Below the pieces are notes generated by a model, which had not been told where the DNA came from, ran no database searches, and worked only from the letters and a program-made list of their open reading frames with translations. Positions 1 to 11,364 of a DNA stretch of 64,000 nt are shown here, in pieces. This stretch comes from Sphyrna mokarran. Its lineage: Eukaryota. The stretch spans positions 52,142,001 through 52,206,000 of the forward strand of contig JAGIQG010000013.1 of NCBI GenBank assembly GCA_024679065.1, read 5' to 3'. Position 1 is the stretch's first letter; each line of letters opens with the position of its first letter. The position numbers were made by a program, and so were the translations under genes.

Positions 1-640
1 ACCACATAAAAGATCTTTGATAGGAAATAGCCCAGAACATGATCTGTTGGAAGCAGTATTGATAGGCTTAGAAGCCACACTTCAGTTGTACAAATTCCTG
101 GTTAGACCACACCTGGACTACTATGAAGAGTTCTGGACACCACATCTTGGAGGCATTATATTGGCCTTGGCTCACGTGTAGACAAAAATTACAAGGATGA
201 TACCTCGACTCCTAAGTCCAATTTTCAGGAGAGATTGTGCAAACTAGAATTGTAAAGTTTGATATTTGGAAAGTTAAGGGTTTATTTGAATTTTTCAAGA
301 TACTATTGAGAACTGCGAGAGAAGACAGAGATAAATATGGTCTGCTGATTGGGAAATCTATGGTGAGAAAGACTAAAAAGAAAGACTAAAAATGAAGAGT
401 CAGGTGTCTCAGGAGTGAATATTATAAAGGATAGTGGAAGTTTGGAACTTTTCCACAAATGGCAGTTGATGCTGGGCCAACAATTAATTTTGATCAGAGA
501 ATTACAAACTTTTGTTAACATAAGGCATCAAAGGAACATGGGGAAAAGTTGGAAATATGGAGTCAAGTAACAATTATGCCATGATCTCATTGAATGGTGG
601 AACAGGCTTGAAAGGCTGAAAGGAACAGGAATAGCCAATG
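1..640 (+). mobile_element. Degenerate CR1 LINE 3' end
   Basis: GTTGTACAAATTCCTGGTTAGACCACACCTGGACTAC corresponds to the CR1 ORF2 C-terminal LYKxLVRPHLxY motif. It is followed by a CR1-like 3' UTR (ATTGAATGGTGGAACAGGCTTGAAAGGCTGAA). Many stops and indels. Confidence 0.8.
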
Positions 641-688
641 TTCTAAAAAATTTCCAAGAGGAGAGAAAGAAGTGAAGACAACACTTAC

Positions 689-763
689 AGCAAAGAGCTT
701 TCTGCAGTCTTCGTAGCTTCATGGCTGTTCTGTACGCAGAAAACCTTACATTATTTAGGTCGG
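689..763 (-). CDS. DMD: Dystrophin exon 64 equivalent (75 nt): (A)[24 protein letters not shown]
   Basis: Acceptor ttttcctacag|CCGACC and donor TTTGCT|gtaagt. Peptide and exon size match dystrophin exon 64. AMKLRRLQ matches dystrophin rather than utrophin (AIKIRRLQ) or DRP2 (AMKLRRVQ). Confidence 0.97.
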
Positions 764-3356
764 CTGTAGGAAAATAATAATATTTTCAACAGAGTGTCTC
801 AAAAGTAAATCTGTATTGTACTAAGCCTTTTGAGTAGGTATACATTTCAGTTCACACAATTTAAACATGATATGGTTATTTTGTAACTATAGATTCATGA
901 ATTTACATTAGCTATACTATAATAATGCTCAAAACCAAAAAAAGAGCCAAGAACCTATACCATTGCCTGTGAGCATATAAACACTTTCATCTTAAGGCAT
1001 TTCTTACCATTTTATTTGAGGTAACAAACAAGTTGCCAACTCAAGTAAAATGATTGCGGAATGAATTTCACATAAATCTCTTTCACACCAATATCAGATA
1101 CTCTAAATTCAGGACCTTGGGAAATAATGGATGAAGGAAATGGTGGCAAAATTCTAATATTGAAATCACATTTTATTTATAACTGTCATGTTAATTCCAA
1201 AGTGAGATATCAGCCTTAAATGATTCATGTCTCATTATTTTCAAAGACTATTTTCTAAGACTTAGAGGGATATTTGTCTCCCATTAAGTCTCTTTCTTTT
1301 CCTTGTGCCTACAGCGTTGCTTTGTGTGATCAGTGGTGCTCTTGTAGAGATTACAAATTTTACACACTCCGTGATAAATTTATTCATCAATAATCTTAGT
1401 TCAATAAAATTTCAGTACATAAGTGCTAATGTAATCATTGCTTTTTATTATCCAGCCAACTGGAATTTTGTCCAGAAATGCCCATTTTGCACACAGCAGT
1501 TACAGGCTACATACTAAATCAATTGCAGTTCATGGGTCTAATACCATTCAATAGGAGTTCCATGCTTTAAAATAAAGTGCAATTCATTCACAAATGTCAT
1601 TTTTGGGGCTGGCAGACCATAAGATTTCTCAATTGTACTCATTTTATACATTTTCTATCATAGATGCCTGCCAATTCACTGAGGTCATCAATTCTCCAAA
1701 TCAGTAATTTGGACTGAAGTAGTTAATTTTAACATAATTTAGCTTGATGAAAAAGTAAGATCTTCTTACCTTTATAAGGAATTTCATTTGCAGGTGCATT
1801 TAAAATTTACTTTTTTCAACAATTAAAATTATGCAGATCAAAAGAAACTCCTGAATATCTAAGGTCACATGACAGTGACTATCCATTGTTGTATATTTGA
1901 ATGAAATTTTGTGTAAAAATTAAGCAAATGACCATGCAAACAATGAATAGCATGCATTTTATTCAGTATTAGCTCTACAGCTTGGTGAATGGATGAAAAT
2001 AAAAAGATATTCATCTCCTGTTGACTACAAATCCATAACAAACAACAGACTTGTGACAATAATCAAACTGTTTGCTCTCAAAAATGGCACAAGATTAAAA
2101 AGGGAAAGAGATAATATTTTCAAATTGATTTTTTATAATCATGTGGATTGAAACATTCTATTTAAAATCAATGCTCATTGTTGTATTGATTGTACTTGTA
2201 CAAGAATGAATGGTATTGTGGCACAGTACTGTCTAACTTGAAGAAAAAAATCTCACTGGCACACGAAGCAAGTGCATGTTGTCTATGAGCAAAAATCTTG
2301 TGTAGTGTTCCAAAATATTTAGTTATTATACTGGAGTCTTGATTATCTGTTTTCCTGCTTATCTTTGAGAATTTCTGCAGGAAAAAGCCTTGGGTGAAAT
2401 ACTGCATAGGCTACTTATGTTTCTTTTCTACTTGGGTTTCATCTTTTCATTGTAAATAATGGAAGCACACAATGTTTCTTTTATTATTTTTGTATTATGT
2501 GTCTTTATTCCTGTTGCCAGAATATTGCCATGCTGTACATTCAAGAACTAATTTTGGGGACTTCTTGTTCCAACCATTTACAAGGGAATCCTGTCATTAT
2601 GGCACGTAAAGGAAGTTCTATTATATGTTTTTGCTCCACAATATATACTATGGATCTAAGTTCATAAAATTCAGTTTTAATTGTTGGCAAAGCAAATTCT
2701 TACAAAAGCAGAGATTGCTCACAGAATTGAACAAGGAAGTGTGGGAATGTGAGCTTAATTGGATATTAAAAGAAAAGTGCTAACACAGACTGTAAGTTAA
2801 ATAAAGGTGAATAATACAAAAGATATTTCAAAATGTCTTGCCCTTTCCCTGACGAACCATCTAAAGTATTTACACTTTCTCAGTGAAACCTGCAGAGGCC
2901 TGCACAAGATGTGAATGAGGATTGCACACCACAATGCTAGCAGGAAACAGAGGCCCGTGGAAATAATGGTCTGAATTTAAAAAGAAAAACCCAAAGAGAC
3001 CTAGAAATCTGTGCTGCCAGTAATTGACCACACGCAGACTGCACTGCAATGCAAAGTGTGAATTGCTGCTTTGCATTGCATATGCTTTCACAAGAAATCC
3101 CTGTGTAACTACTATTAATTATGTCTGGCAAAAATTCAGCCTTTAATTGTACTGTGAAAATGGATGATAATAAAGATTCCTGTGGAATTGTAGAATACTA
3201 ATCATTTTTGTAACTAATACCATGAGGTTAAAATGCCTTTGTTTCGATTTTAAAAACTTTCATCCTTTCAGCTAACCTTATTAATTCCAAAGCAGTTGAA
3301 ATCATGGCCAGTCTCCAAGTACATTCCCAGGTCTTTTTCCCAAATGCTTCCTCTTA

Positions 3357-3578
<222 letters not shown>

Positions 3579-4938
3579 CTAAATCTTCAAATATTTCTTC
3601 TGCTTGACCTTTTCATTCCCTGATTGCCGATTAACTAATCTGGGAAACTTTAGCGGGGCGGGGGGGGGAGTGGAGGAGAGAGAAGCAGAGCAGTCAACTT
3701 CATTCCTTTTCACTTTGGCAACTCCGCGAAAATGCACTAAGGAGCTCAAGAGAAGTTTTCAGAACAAGTGGATCACTGATTATAAAAAAAAAGCAAGCTT
3801 CTCTGCCGATTACTGGCACAGACTTACTTTGTATGCAGACTGCATGGAGGCTGCAGGTATTTGCCCTGACCTAAACAAATATTGCAGTTTTCTTTTAGTG
3901 TGAGAGGGGAGATGACCATCAACTTACACAGGCAAGCAAATGGGGAGGGGGGAGGGTAAAGGGTGGGTGGCTGGTGGTGGCGGCGGCGACAATCAAAGTC
4001 TGGTGCCTGAGAAGTATTTTTTTCCCTTCTTTTGCACGGTTCTCTATCGTTTTCGATAGCTGTTCCTTAATGTTGAGCTGGAGGGAGGCACAGCACTGTG
4101 AAGCCGTTCCACCGCTCTGTCCACTCAGCACTTCCTAGCGCTCCCCAAATCCACTTGAAAAGGACAACATTCACAACCAAGAGGCGACAGAAAACAAAAG
4201 GGGGCTGGATCAAGGATGGGGTTGACAGTCTCTCACACACACACATACACTTTAATATAAAAAAATGCTGCTCAAGGTGCCCTGTTAGACTTGAGGCTTT
4301 TTTTCATCAAACAGGTTTCAACTGAATTAATTCACACCTTTTGTTAGTAATGGGAAGCAGCGAAGAGTTAAAAACAGAAAATGATTTATCTTATTCAGAG
4401 TTCGTTTACGGTTATATCCATCCGTCCAAAGGGCCATTGCTCCACAGAAACCAGTCAACCACCCCGGTCCTTGTTCACTGGTCTATCCCGAGTTCAAAAC
4501 TTCTTTGTTGCCCTTTTAAACTTCCTTCTGCTCCAGCAGTTCCGAGACGGGTCGGGGCGGCATTAACTAAATCCTGCATCAAAACAACTACAGACGAATT
4601 CTTACGTTGGCGAGAGAGAGACAAGAGCACAATCTCGGCTGCGCCCCACTTCCTCACTTGTCATTCTTTTTACAACCTATAATCTTTGGCTCGCGGGGAA
4701 GACTCGTCCTTTCACAGACTGAAACCTGGAGCAGAATCCAGGGATTGTACACTGCACACCTCCCAAGCACCTGTGATGGTCCCTTTGCACAAGACGACTG
4801 CACCTTCTCTACTTACACCATTCCGAAGCTATCACACCATCAAAGACTGTTAAAATTTAAAAAAAAACCCGACTGCCTTGTTACCAGCTAAAGTTACTGC
4901 AGTCGAGCGAGTGATGAATGAGTTTCCCTTCCACCTAC

Positions 4939-4958
4939 CCCTTGAGCTGCTCCCTCAT
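4939..4958 (-). CDS. DMD: Coding part of the Dp71-specific first exon: MREQLKG
   Basis: ATGAGGGAGCAGCTCAAGGG|gtaggt. The 20 nt (phase 2) join exon 63 in frame to give [19 protein letters not shown], the known Dp71 N-terminus. There is an in-frame TAG 39 nt upstream of the ATG. Confidence 0.95.
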
Positions 4959-5800
4959 CGTGCCGAAGCAGTTAGTTCCAGAGCACACTTCAAACTATCC
5001 TGTAAATAAAGATACGGGAGCACACCACAGACAAGTGGCAAAGAGAGAGAGAGAGAGAGAAAAGCAGGACTGAAGAATTGCTGCTGTGCTGATCACACAC
5101 GAGGAGTGAGCCTGGAGATCAGCCGGGGAGGAGCTTCCTGACTCCAACCCTCCCTCCCCCTCGAAGCTCTGGCAGAGAGAGAGAGAGAAAAAAATGCAGC
5201 TTTCATTGTGCATGGCGTTGGATTGAGGGGGAAAGAGGGCGAGAACGCACAATATACAGTTGTCATAGGAGGGCAGTTTTGAATTACACACAATGTTTCT
5301 CACCCGCTGGCTTTCTTCTCTAGCTGAGCGACAGGTTGAGAAATGATGTGTGATTTTGCTGATTTTTTTTTGGGGGGGGGGGAATGGCACAGTGGCAATG
5401 CTAAATGGCCAGACTGATACCCCAGCAGGTGTGGCACAGCCAACAGCAGCAACCAGCTCTAAGGACCTTTGACCAAGTGCTCCTCCACCAATCATCAGAG
5501 CCCCTTAAAGATTAATCATTTCTTCGCGGCGGACATAAACTAGAAAATCATTCACTATTTACAACCTGCGGCGGGGGAGGGCGAATTATGAATAAAATAC
5601 ACGAGCATTTCACTCACTCAAAGATTTAGAGGGAAACAGTTGCAAAGTGTCTCTGCCCCTTACATTCTAACTTTCTCACAAAAATAGAGCAGCTGACAGC
5701 GCCAATCATTAACCTTTCCACTCTTATCAGCCCATTAATCTTGGGAAGAGCAGAGGGCCGAGTGTCTGGAGCACTCGCTTCACTCAGCACTGACAGAGCT
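4959..5800 (-). promoter_or_regulatory. Dp71 internal promoter and 5' UTR region
   Basis: Lies directly upstream of the Dp71 ATG. Locally CpG-retaining and free of recognisable transposons. Contains an Inr-like TCACTCC near 5107, CCAATC at 5488 and 5702, GC-box-like GGCGGGGGAGGGCG near 5570-5583, and no obvious TATA box. The transcription start site cannot be fixed from sequence alone. Confidence 0.7.
5042..5188. repeat. Two (GA)n microsatellites (about 5042-5060 and 5174-5188)
   Basis: Read directly from the sequence. Confidence 0.9.
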
Positions 5801-6254
5801 TAGTCTGATCAGAGACCATTGTGCAATGTCAGGAATGTAATGACAGTAAAGCGAGCAGTGCCATTCCAATACCTCCCCATCATTTAACTTCTCCCACACA
5901 AGCAGCCCCTCCTCCTGTTCCCCAGTGAAAGGTGTGATTACACCAGATGTCTGTTAGTTGATCTCCGGCTGAAATGCTTTTCAGGGAATAATTCACGGTG
6001 AATGACATGGAACGCCTCAGCTAGTTGGCACCTGAAGAATACAACCTGACGTGCACAGCTGAGCAACTAATGGCAAATGCACGAAAATGAGAACAATTAA
6101 CAGGGAAATGTTCGCACTGCACTTATATTTTAGGTTGGGGATGGGAGCAGGCCCAACCGAACAATCCAGTATATCTGAAAGCAGTTGGTTTGGTTTTAAT
6201 TAACATTTGCAAGTATCTGTCCCTTTAAAATCGATTGATCGAGCGCACCTACAA

Positions 6255-6400
6255 TGAAAAACAGAAGATACTGGAAAATTTCAGCAGGTCTGACAGAATC
6301 TGTGGAGGGAGAATAGAGCCAATGTTTCAAGTCAGGATGACCCTTCCACAGCTCTGTTTTTGTTTCAGATTCCAGCATTTGCAGTATTTTGCCTTTGTCT
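6255..6400. mobile_element. Short Penelope-like terminal-repeat derivative
   Basis: AAAAACAGAAGATACTGGAAAATTTCAGCAGGTCTGACAG...TTTCAGATTCCAGCATTTGCAGTATTTTGC. Related copies occur at 41211/42214, 45440 and 46940. Confidence 0.6.
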
Positions 6401-6714
6401 TTACATAGCCAATGTTCTGGGAAGACAGAGCTGTATGGATTTCCACATACAGGCTGCAAATATAGAGGAAATTCAAAACCAAAACGATTATCTATCTACG
6501 TTTTTTTGTAGTCAACTTTATTCAATTGAAAGCTTCAAAGTCACAGAGCGAGATTTTTGGGACTGGTGAGGTTGGAAGCGGCGTATTGAAAATATTGTTG
6601 ATCATGCAAATCATCACAACTAAAGTCGTTCTAATCCCCACCAACATTTAGACTTGTGCACTTTTTAGTAAGATCACTGGGTAGCAACCAAAAACAAGCC
6701 ACTTAGGTGATTTC

Positions 6715-8222
6715 ATAGCATCATACAGTGCAAAATAGATCCATCAGCCCTGAAGCAAAAACGAGAAACACCTGATCTCCCACCGAATCCCATTTACCAG
6801 CACTTGGCCCATAGATGTTATGACATCTAGATTTTTTTAAAGATCTGAAGCAACTTACTCTCCCACCCTCCCAGGCAGCATATTCCAGACCATCACCACC
6901 TTCTGGGTGCAAAAGGTTTTTCCTCAGATCTCCCGTAAACCTCCTGTCCCTCATCTTGAACTTGTGTCCCTTCATGATTGATCTTTCAACTGAAAGGAAC
7001 AGCTTGCACCCTATCTACTCTGTCCATACCACTCAATCTTGTGCATTTCGATTAGGTTACCCTCATTATTCTCTGCTCCAGCAAAAGTAACCCAATACTA
7101 TGAAACCTCTCTTCATAATTTAAATGTTCCATCCCCGACAGCATTCCGGCTAATCTTCTCTTCACTCCCTCTAGCGCAATCACACTTTTAATGTGGTGAC
7201 TAGAACTGCACACAATTCTTCAGCTGTGACCTCACCAAATTTCTATACAACTTCAACATGACTTCCCTGCTTTTGTAATCTATATCTCGATTGATAAAGG
7301 CACGTGTCCCATATGCCTTTATCATTACCCTACTAACATGGCCTTCTGCCATTAGAGATCTATAGTCAAACATGCCAAGGTCCTTTTGTTTCACAGAACT
7401 TTCTAGTGTCATGCCATTCATTGAATACTTTCTTATCAAATTACTCCTTCCAAAGTTTATAACGTCACACTTTTCAGAGTTAAGTTCCAACTGCCACTTA
7501 ACTGCCCATTTGATCATCCTGTCTATATTTTCTGGTAGACCAAGACATTCGGCCTTCTTGTAGACCAAGACACTCAGCCAATCTTTGTGTCATTTGCAAA
7601 CATACTTGTCCTATCCCCACGTAATCATCAATATATTTTATATAAATAACAAATAATAGGGGGCCCAACACACTTCCCTGTAACGCACCACTGCACACTA
7701 CCTTCCAGTCACAAACCAACCTTCTGTCATCACCTTCTGTTTTCTAAAATTGAGCCAGTTTTGAATCCTGTATTCCATGTGCATTTGCCTTCATTATAAA
7801 CCTTTCACATGGGACTTTGTCAAAGGCTTTGCTGAAATCCATATAAACAACATCAACTGCATTACTTTCATCTACATACCTGGTCACCTCAAAAAATTCA
7901 ATCAAATTTGTTAGCCATGGCGTCCCTCTAATGAAAGCATGCTGCGTATCCCTATTTAAGCTTTGCCTCTCAAAATGGAGATAGATGCTCTCCTTCAGAA
8001 TTTTCTCCAATAGTTTTCCTATCACTGACATGAGACTCATTGATCTATAGTTCCCTGCTTATCTCTACAACTCTCCTTAACAAGCAGAACCACATTAAGT
8101 GTTTTCCAGTTCCCTAGCACTTCCCCTGTGACCAGAGAGGAATTAAACATTTGGGTAAGAGCCCCGGCAATCTTCTCCCTTGCCTTCCACAGCAGCCTGG
8201 GACACAATCCATCTGGATCCAT
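6715..8222 (-). mobile_element. CR1 LINE, degenerate ORF2 reverse transcriptase and 3' end
   Basis: Frameshifted ORFs carry RT motifs VDVVYMDFSKAFDKV, QGSVLGPLLFVIYI and KWQLELNSEKCDVINFG, with a CR1 tail near 6715. Confidence 0.92.
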
Positions 8223-9034
8223 CCGGCATAATGTTTATACACTAAGCACAAGAGTAACACACCTTACCCTCCACAGCTCTACTAACATTAGATTGTTCCA
8301 AAATTTCAAGCAAAACATCTAACAAGCAAGTACAGCAAATGGAACCTGTCTCACTTCCTGAAGTCCATTTCACAGACATCCACATTCCCAGTTTATTGGA
8401 ATATCGTTTTAATAAGGTGATGATTGTGAGTAATCCATCTTGTCCAACAAGTGAACAATTATAAGTGTGGGTTCTCATTGCTTCAAGTTGTGCTTTGCTG
8501 ATGGAGATTTGAGAATGTCAAAACTTAAATTGTTTTTTTACTTGTCTCTCTTCCTCTCAATCCTCTCTCTCTATTACTATTTATCTTACGTGATATTGGA
8601 TTCACCCACTCAAATTCACCTTTCTTCTCAGTCATTCCTCTGCTTATTTTTTAAAATGTACTCATTCACAGTATTTGGTGTTGTTGGCTCAGTCAGCTTT
8701 GACTGCCCATCCCTTATTGCCCTTGATGATGCCTTCTTGAACCGCTGTACAGATCATGCGGTGTATTTACACCCACAGTAATTTTTAAAATCTTCTTGAC
8801 AGCCTCAAGAGAGAATATTGAGCAAAAATTTCGAACGATGATCAATTCTCTCTTTGGAATTTGGTCAGTTTTGTGGCTAGAGCTAGCTTCGTACACAATC
8901 CTTTTCAAACTAATGCAAAAGGTGGTAGCAACTCAACTTGTGCTAAATGCAATTTTCAGTTAAAATTCTGAGTTGTATGCTGGCCACTCTTTTGAACAAA
9001 TTAAAAATGCTAATGCAATACAACAGAAAGTCTA

Positions 9035-9153
9035 GGGGGTAAATTTTTCAGTCCTCTATTTGCCATGGGAATTTGATGGACTACTGAAAGGCTGTTGATC
9101 TTGCACAGGGAAGTTTCTGGTTTTAGGGCAGGTAGGACTGGAAAATACCACCC
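9035..9153. mobile_element. Small MITE
   Basis: Imperfect terminal inverted repeats GGGGGTAAATTTTTCAGTCCT ... AGGACTGGAAAATACCACCC. Confidence 0.65.
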
Positions 9154-9189
9154 AAGGTCTCTGTGTTGGCTGCTCAGTGTTGTTTCCTG

Positions 9190-9430
9190 GACATTGAAAA
9201 GATCAGATCAGCTACTTCTTTGCTTGAACACTTATTTTCTATCAATTGAGAATTTCACCTATCTGTGACTTGCCACTCAATTTCCCCCACCTATTCCCAC
9301 TCTGACTTCTCTACCTTTGATTTCCCAATTCACCAAACTTAATGGAAACTGAAGCAATCATATCTCCAATTTTTCCAGGGCACCTTCAGTCATTTGGTCT
9401 GAATACACACTCTAGCAAATTCAGACCAGC
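9190..9430 (+). mobile_element. Penelope-like element C-terminal fragment
   Basis: 9345-9427 resembles the degenerate C-terminus of a Penelope GIY-YIG ORF (GTLQxxGLN..F-like). Confidence 0.4.
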
Positions 9431-10524
9431 AACCAATTTCATTATTTCCTTGAAGGTCTGGATTGCTGGGTATATGCGGCAGGTATGCTGCCCTCTGTAA
9501 AGATGTTGGGTTAGGTTATATAGGTGCAGGCCTTATTTTTTTTCAAAACACAGCATGGATGAGAGTCTACACTTGAAGTGTTGCCAAACTGAAATGTGGA
9601 GAACTTGCTCAATCTACCTTGCTGATATTTTCTATTTTCATTTGGTATTTCCTTCATTTGCAGTTTTGTCCCTAAGGGTATCTTTCTATGACCTTATGCT
9701 CTTTGAATGGTTTCACATTGCCTCAGAGAGATGATCTTTATATATCAGTTGTCATTTTTCATCTCTTTCCAACATATCAAAAATGCTTGCTGGCCATTTA
9801 ACCCACGAGCTTCTCTCTGTGAAATTATTCAAAATTCTTCAGGCTCTTAAAATTTGTCCTCCCTATTTTATAAGCTCCATTAGGGATTCTTTCTTATCTT
9901 TAAAACATCTCTAGTGAAGTGTCCACAAGAATAACATTAATCTATTCTTCCTGTTTACAGATCCTGGAATTGTACTTCACAGAAACAACTATTTCTTCTT
10001 ATGGGGTGGATTTTTTGAAAGAGCTATCAGCTAGTCCCACATCTCATCTTTCTCCTTACATACTTCTGAAGTTTACTTATTCATTTCTACTAAATGGTGG
10101 TTTGCAAAATCATTAAGAAAACATCAATAATTAAGCAGTAGGAAAAATGACTCCAGGATCCATCTCAAGAAACAAGCGTTTATATCATGCTGTTTAACGC
10201 TGCAAGATTGAATCTTCAGAATTGAGATTTTATGGAAAATTATTTTATTATTCTTAATTCTAAAATGCGGATGTAATGATACTGAAAAATCATTTAGAAT
10301 TATATAATTAAGAGCGATGACCCTAATATGTCCATAATATTTTTAATTTTTTAATGTATAATTCTCCTCATGCTTTCATGGGCTGTTACATCCACAATTC
10401 ATTTGGTTGAAATGATTCACAGGACATTTGTCATACTGGTGTACTGAGGTTTACTTGATTACTTTTGAATATTTTTGAATAATATTATTAAGTAGAAATT
10501 GACAGTGGACAACATCAAAATCCA

Positions 10525-10820
10525 TTTGGCCTTTAATAAAGTAAAATATTCCAATGTTCTTCTCAGAGGTGTGATCAAACAAAATTTGATACCAAGATGC
10601 ACAAGGAGATATTAGGGCAAATGACCAAAAGCTTGATCAATAGAATTAATTTTAAGGAACAACATAAAGGAAAGGAAGGAAAGAGGTAATGAGGTTTATT
10701 TCAGACTTATAGCTTAGTTTTCTGAAGTAACAGTCACAAATGGCAGGACAATGTGATATGCAAGAGGCCAAAATTAGAAAAGAACAGATATTTCAGTTGG
10801 TTGTAAGATTTGTGGAAAAG
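10525..10820 (-). mobile_element. L2-type LINE 3' fragment
   Basis: GGAGATATTAGGGCAAATGACCAAAAGCTTGATCAA...CAAGAGGCCAAAATTAGA. Related copies occur at 57120-57260 and 59300-59640. Confidence 0.65.
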
Positions 10821-11085
10821 TTGCACAAACATCAACGAGAAAAATAAGCATTAAATCTGTTTTGCTGAAAGAAAGAGACATTAAGCTTTTCCTCTTGCAC
10901 CATTAGGACAGAAAGAACTTGTTCACGCATTGCACTTATTTCCAGTTAAACAAAATAAGTGACAGCCATTCATTTCCCAAGGCAATGCCTTGACCAATCA
11001 GAGTCAAACTACCTGGATTAAATTTCAAACAGCGCTTGGTTGTTATCTTTTGGAATATGGTGCATTCTCAATGGCAATGTCTCAT

Positions 11086-11209
11086 GGGCAGGATTTTCTG
11101 ACTGTGCTCGCCCCAAACTGGAAATTGTTTTCTGAGGTCAATGGACCTGTGCATGGTCCTGCCCTGATCACTACGATTCCTGTGGAGGGTGGGACTGGAA
11201 AATTCCTCC
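11086..11209. mobile_element. Small MITE nested in the Penelope-derived element
   Basis: Terminal inverted repeats GGGCAGGATTTTC ... GAAAATTCCTCC. Confidence 0.65.
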
Positions 11210-11295
11210 GTTACAGAGTCCACATGCCAACCAATCAGTATACTCTCTGCATACAATATAAATTGTAATTTTCCCCTATATCAGTATTCTTGCAA

Positions 11296-11333
11296 AATAT
11301 CCTGATGAGTGCAAGACAAAAAGATTCAACATT
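11296..11333 (+). ncRNA. Decayed minimal type I hammerhead ribozyme motif (probably inactive)
   Basis: AATATC-CTGATGA-GT GCAAG AC-AAAA-AGAT-TC-AACATT. The CUGAUGA box is intact, GAAA is mutated to AAAA, and stem I is imperfect. Confidence 0.5.
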
Positions 11334-11364
11334 TCTCTTTTTTCAGTGATTTTCAAACTTCGTA

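Larger units (their letters stand above)
10862..11347. mobile_element. Inverted-repeat Penelope-derived element with a hammerhead-like motif in each arm
   Basis: 10865-10910 is the degenerate reverse complement of about 11298-11347. A small MITE is nested at 11086-11209. Confidence 0.6.

Noticed and set aside
3828-3845. ATG CAG TCT GCA TAC AAA|GTAAGT on the minus strand as another coding first exon
   Set aside because: It is phase 0, so it is out of frame with exon 63 and reaches a stop in exon 64.
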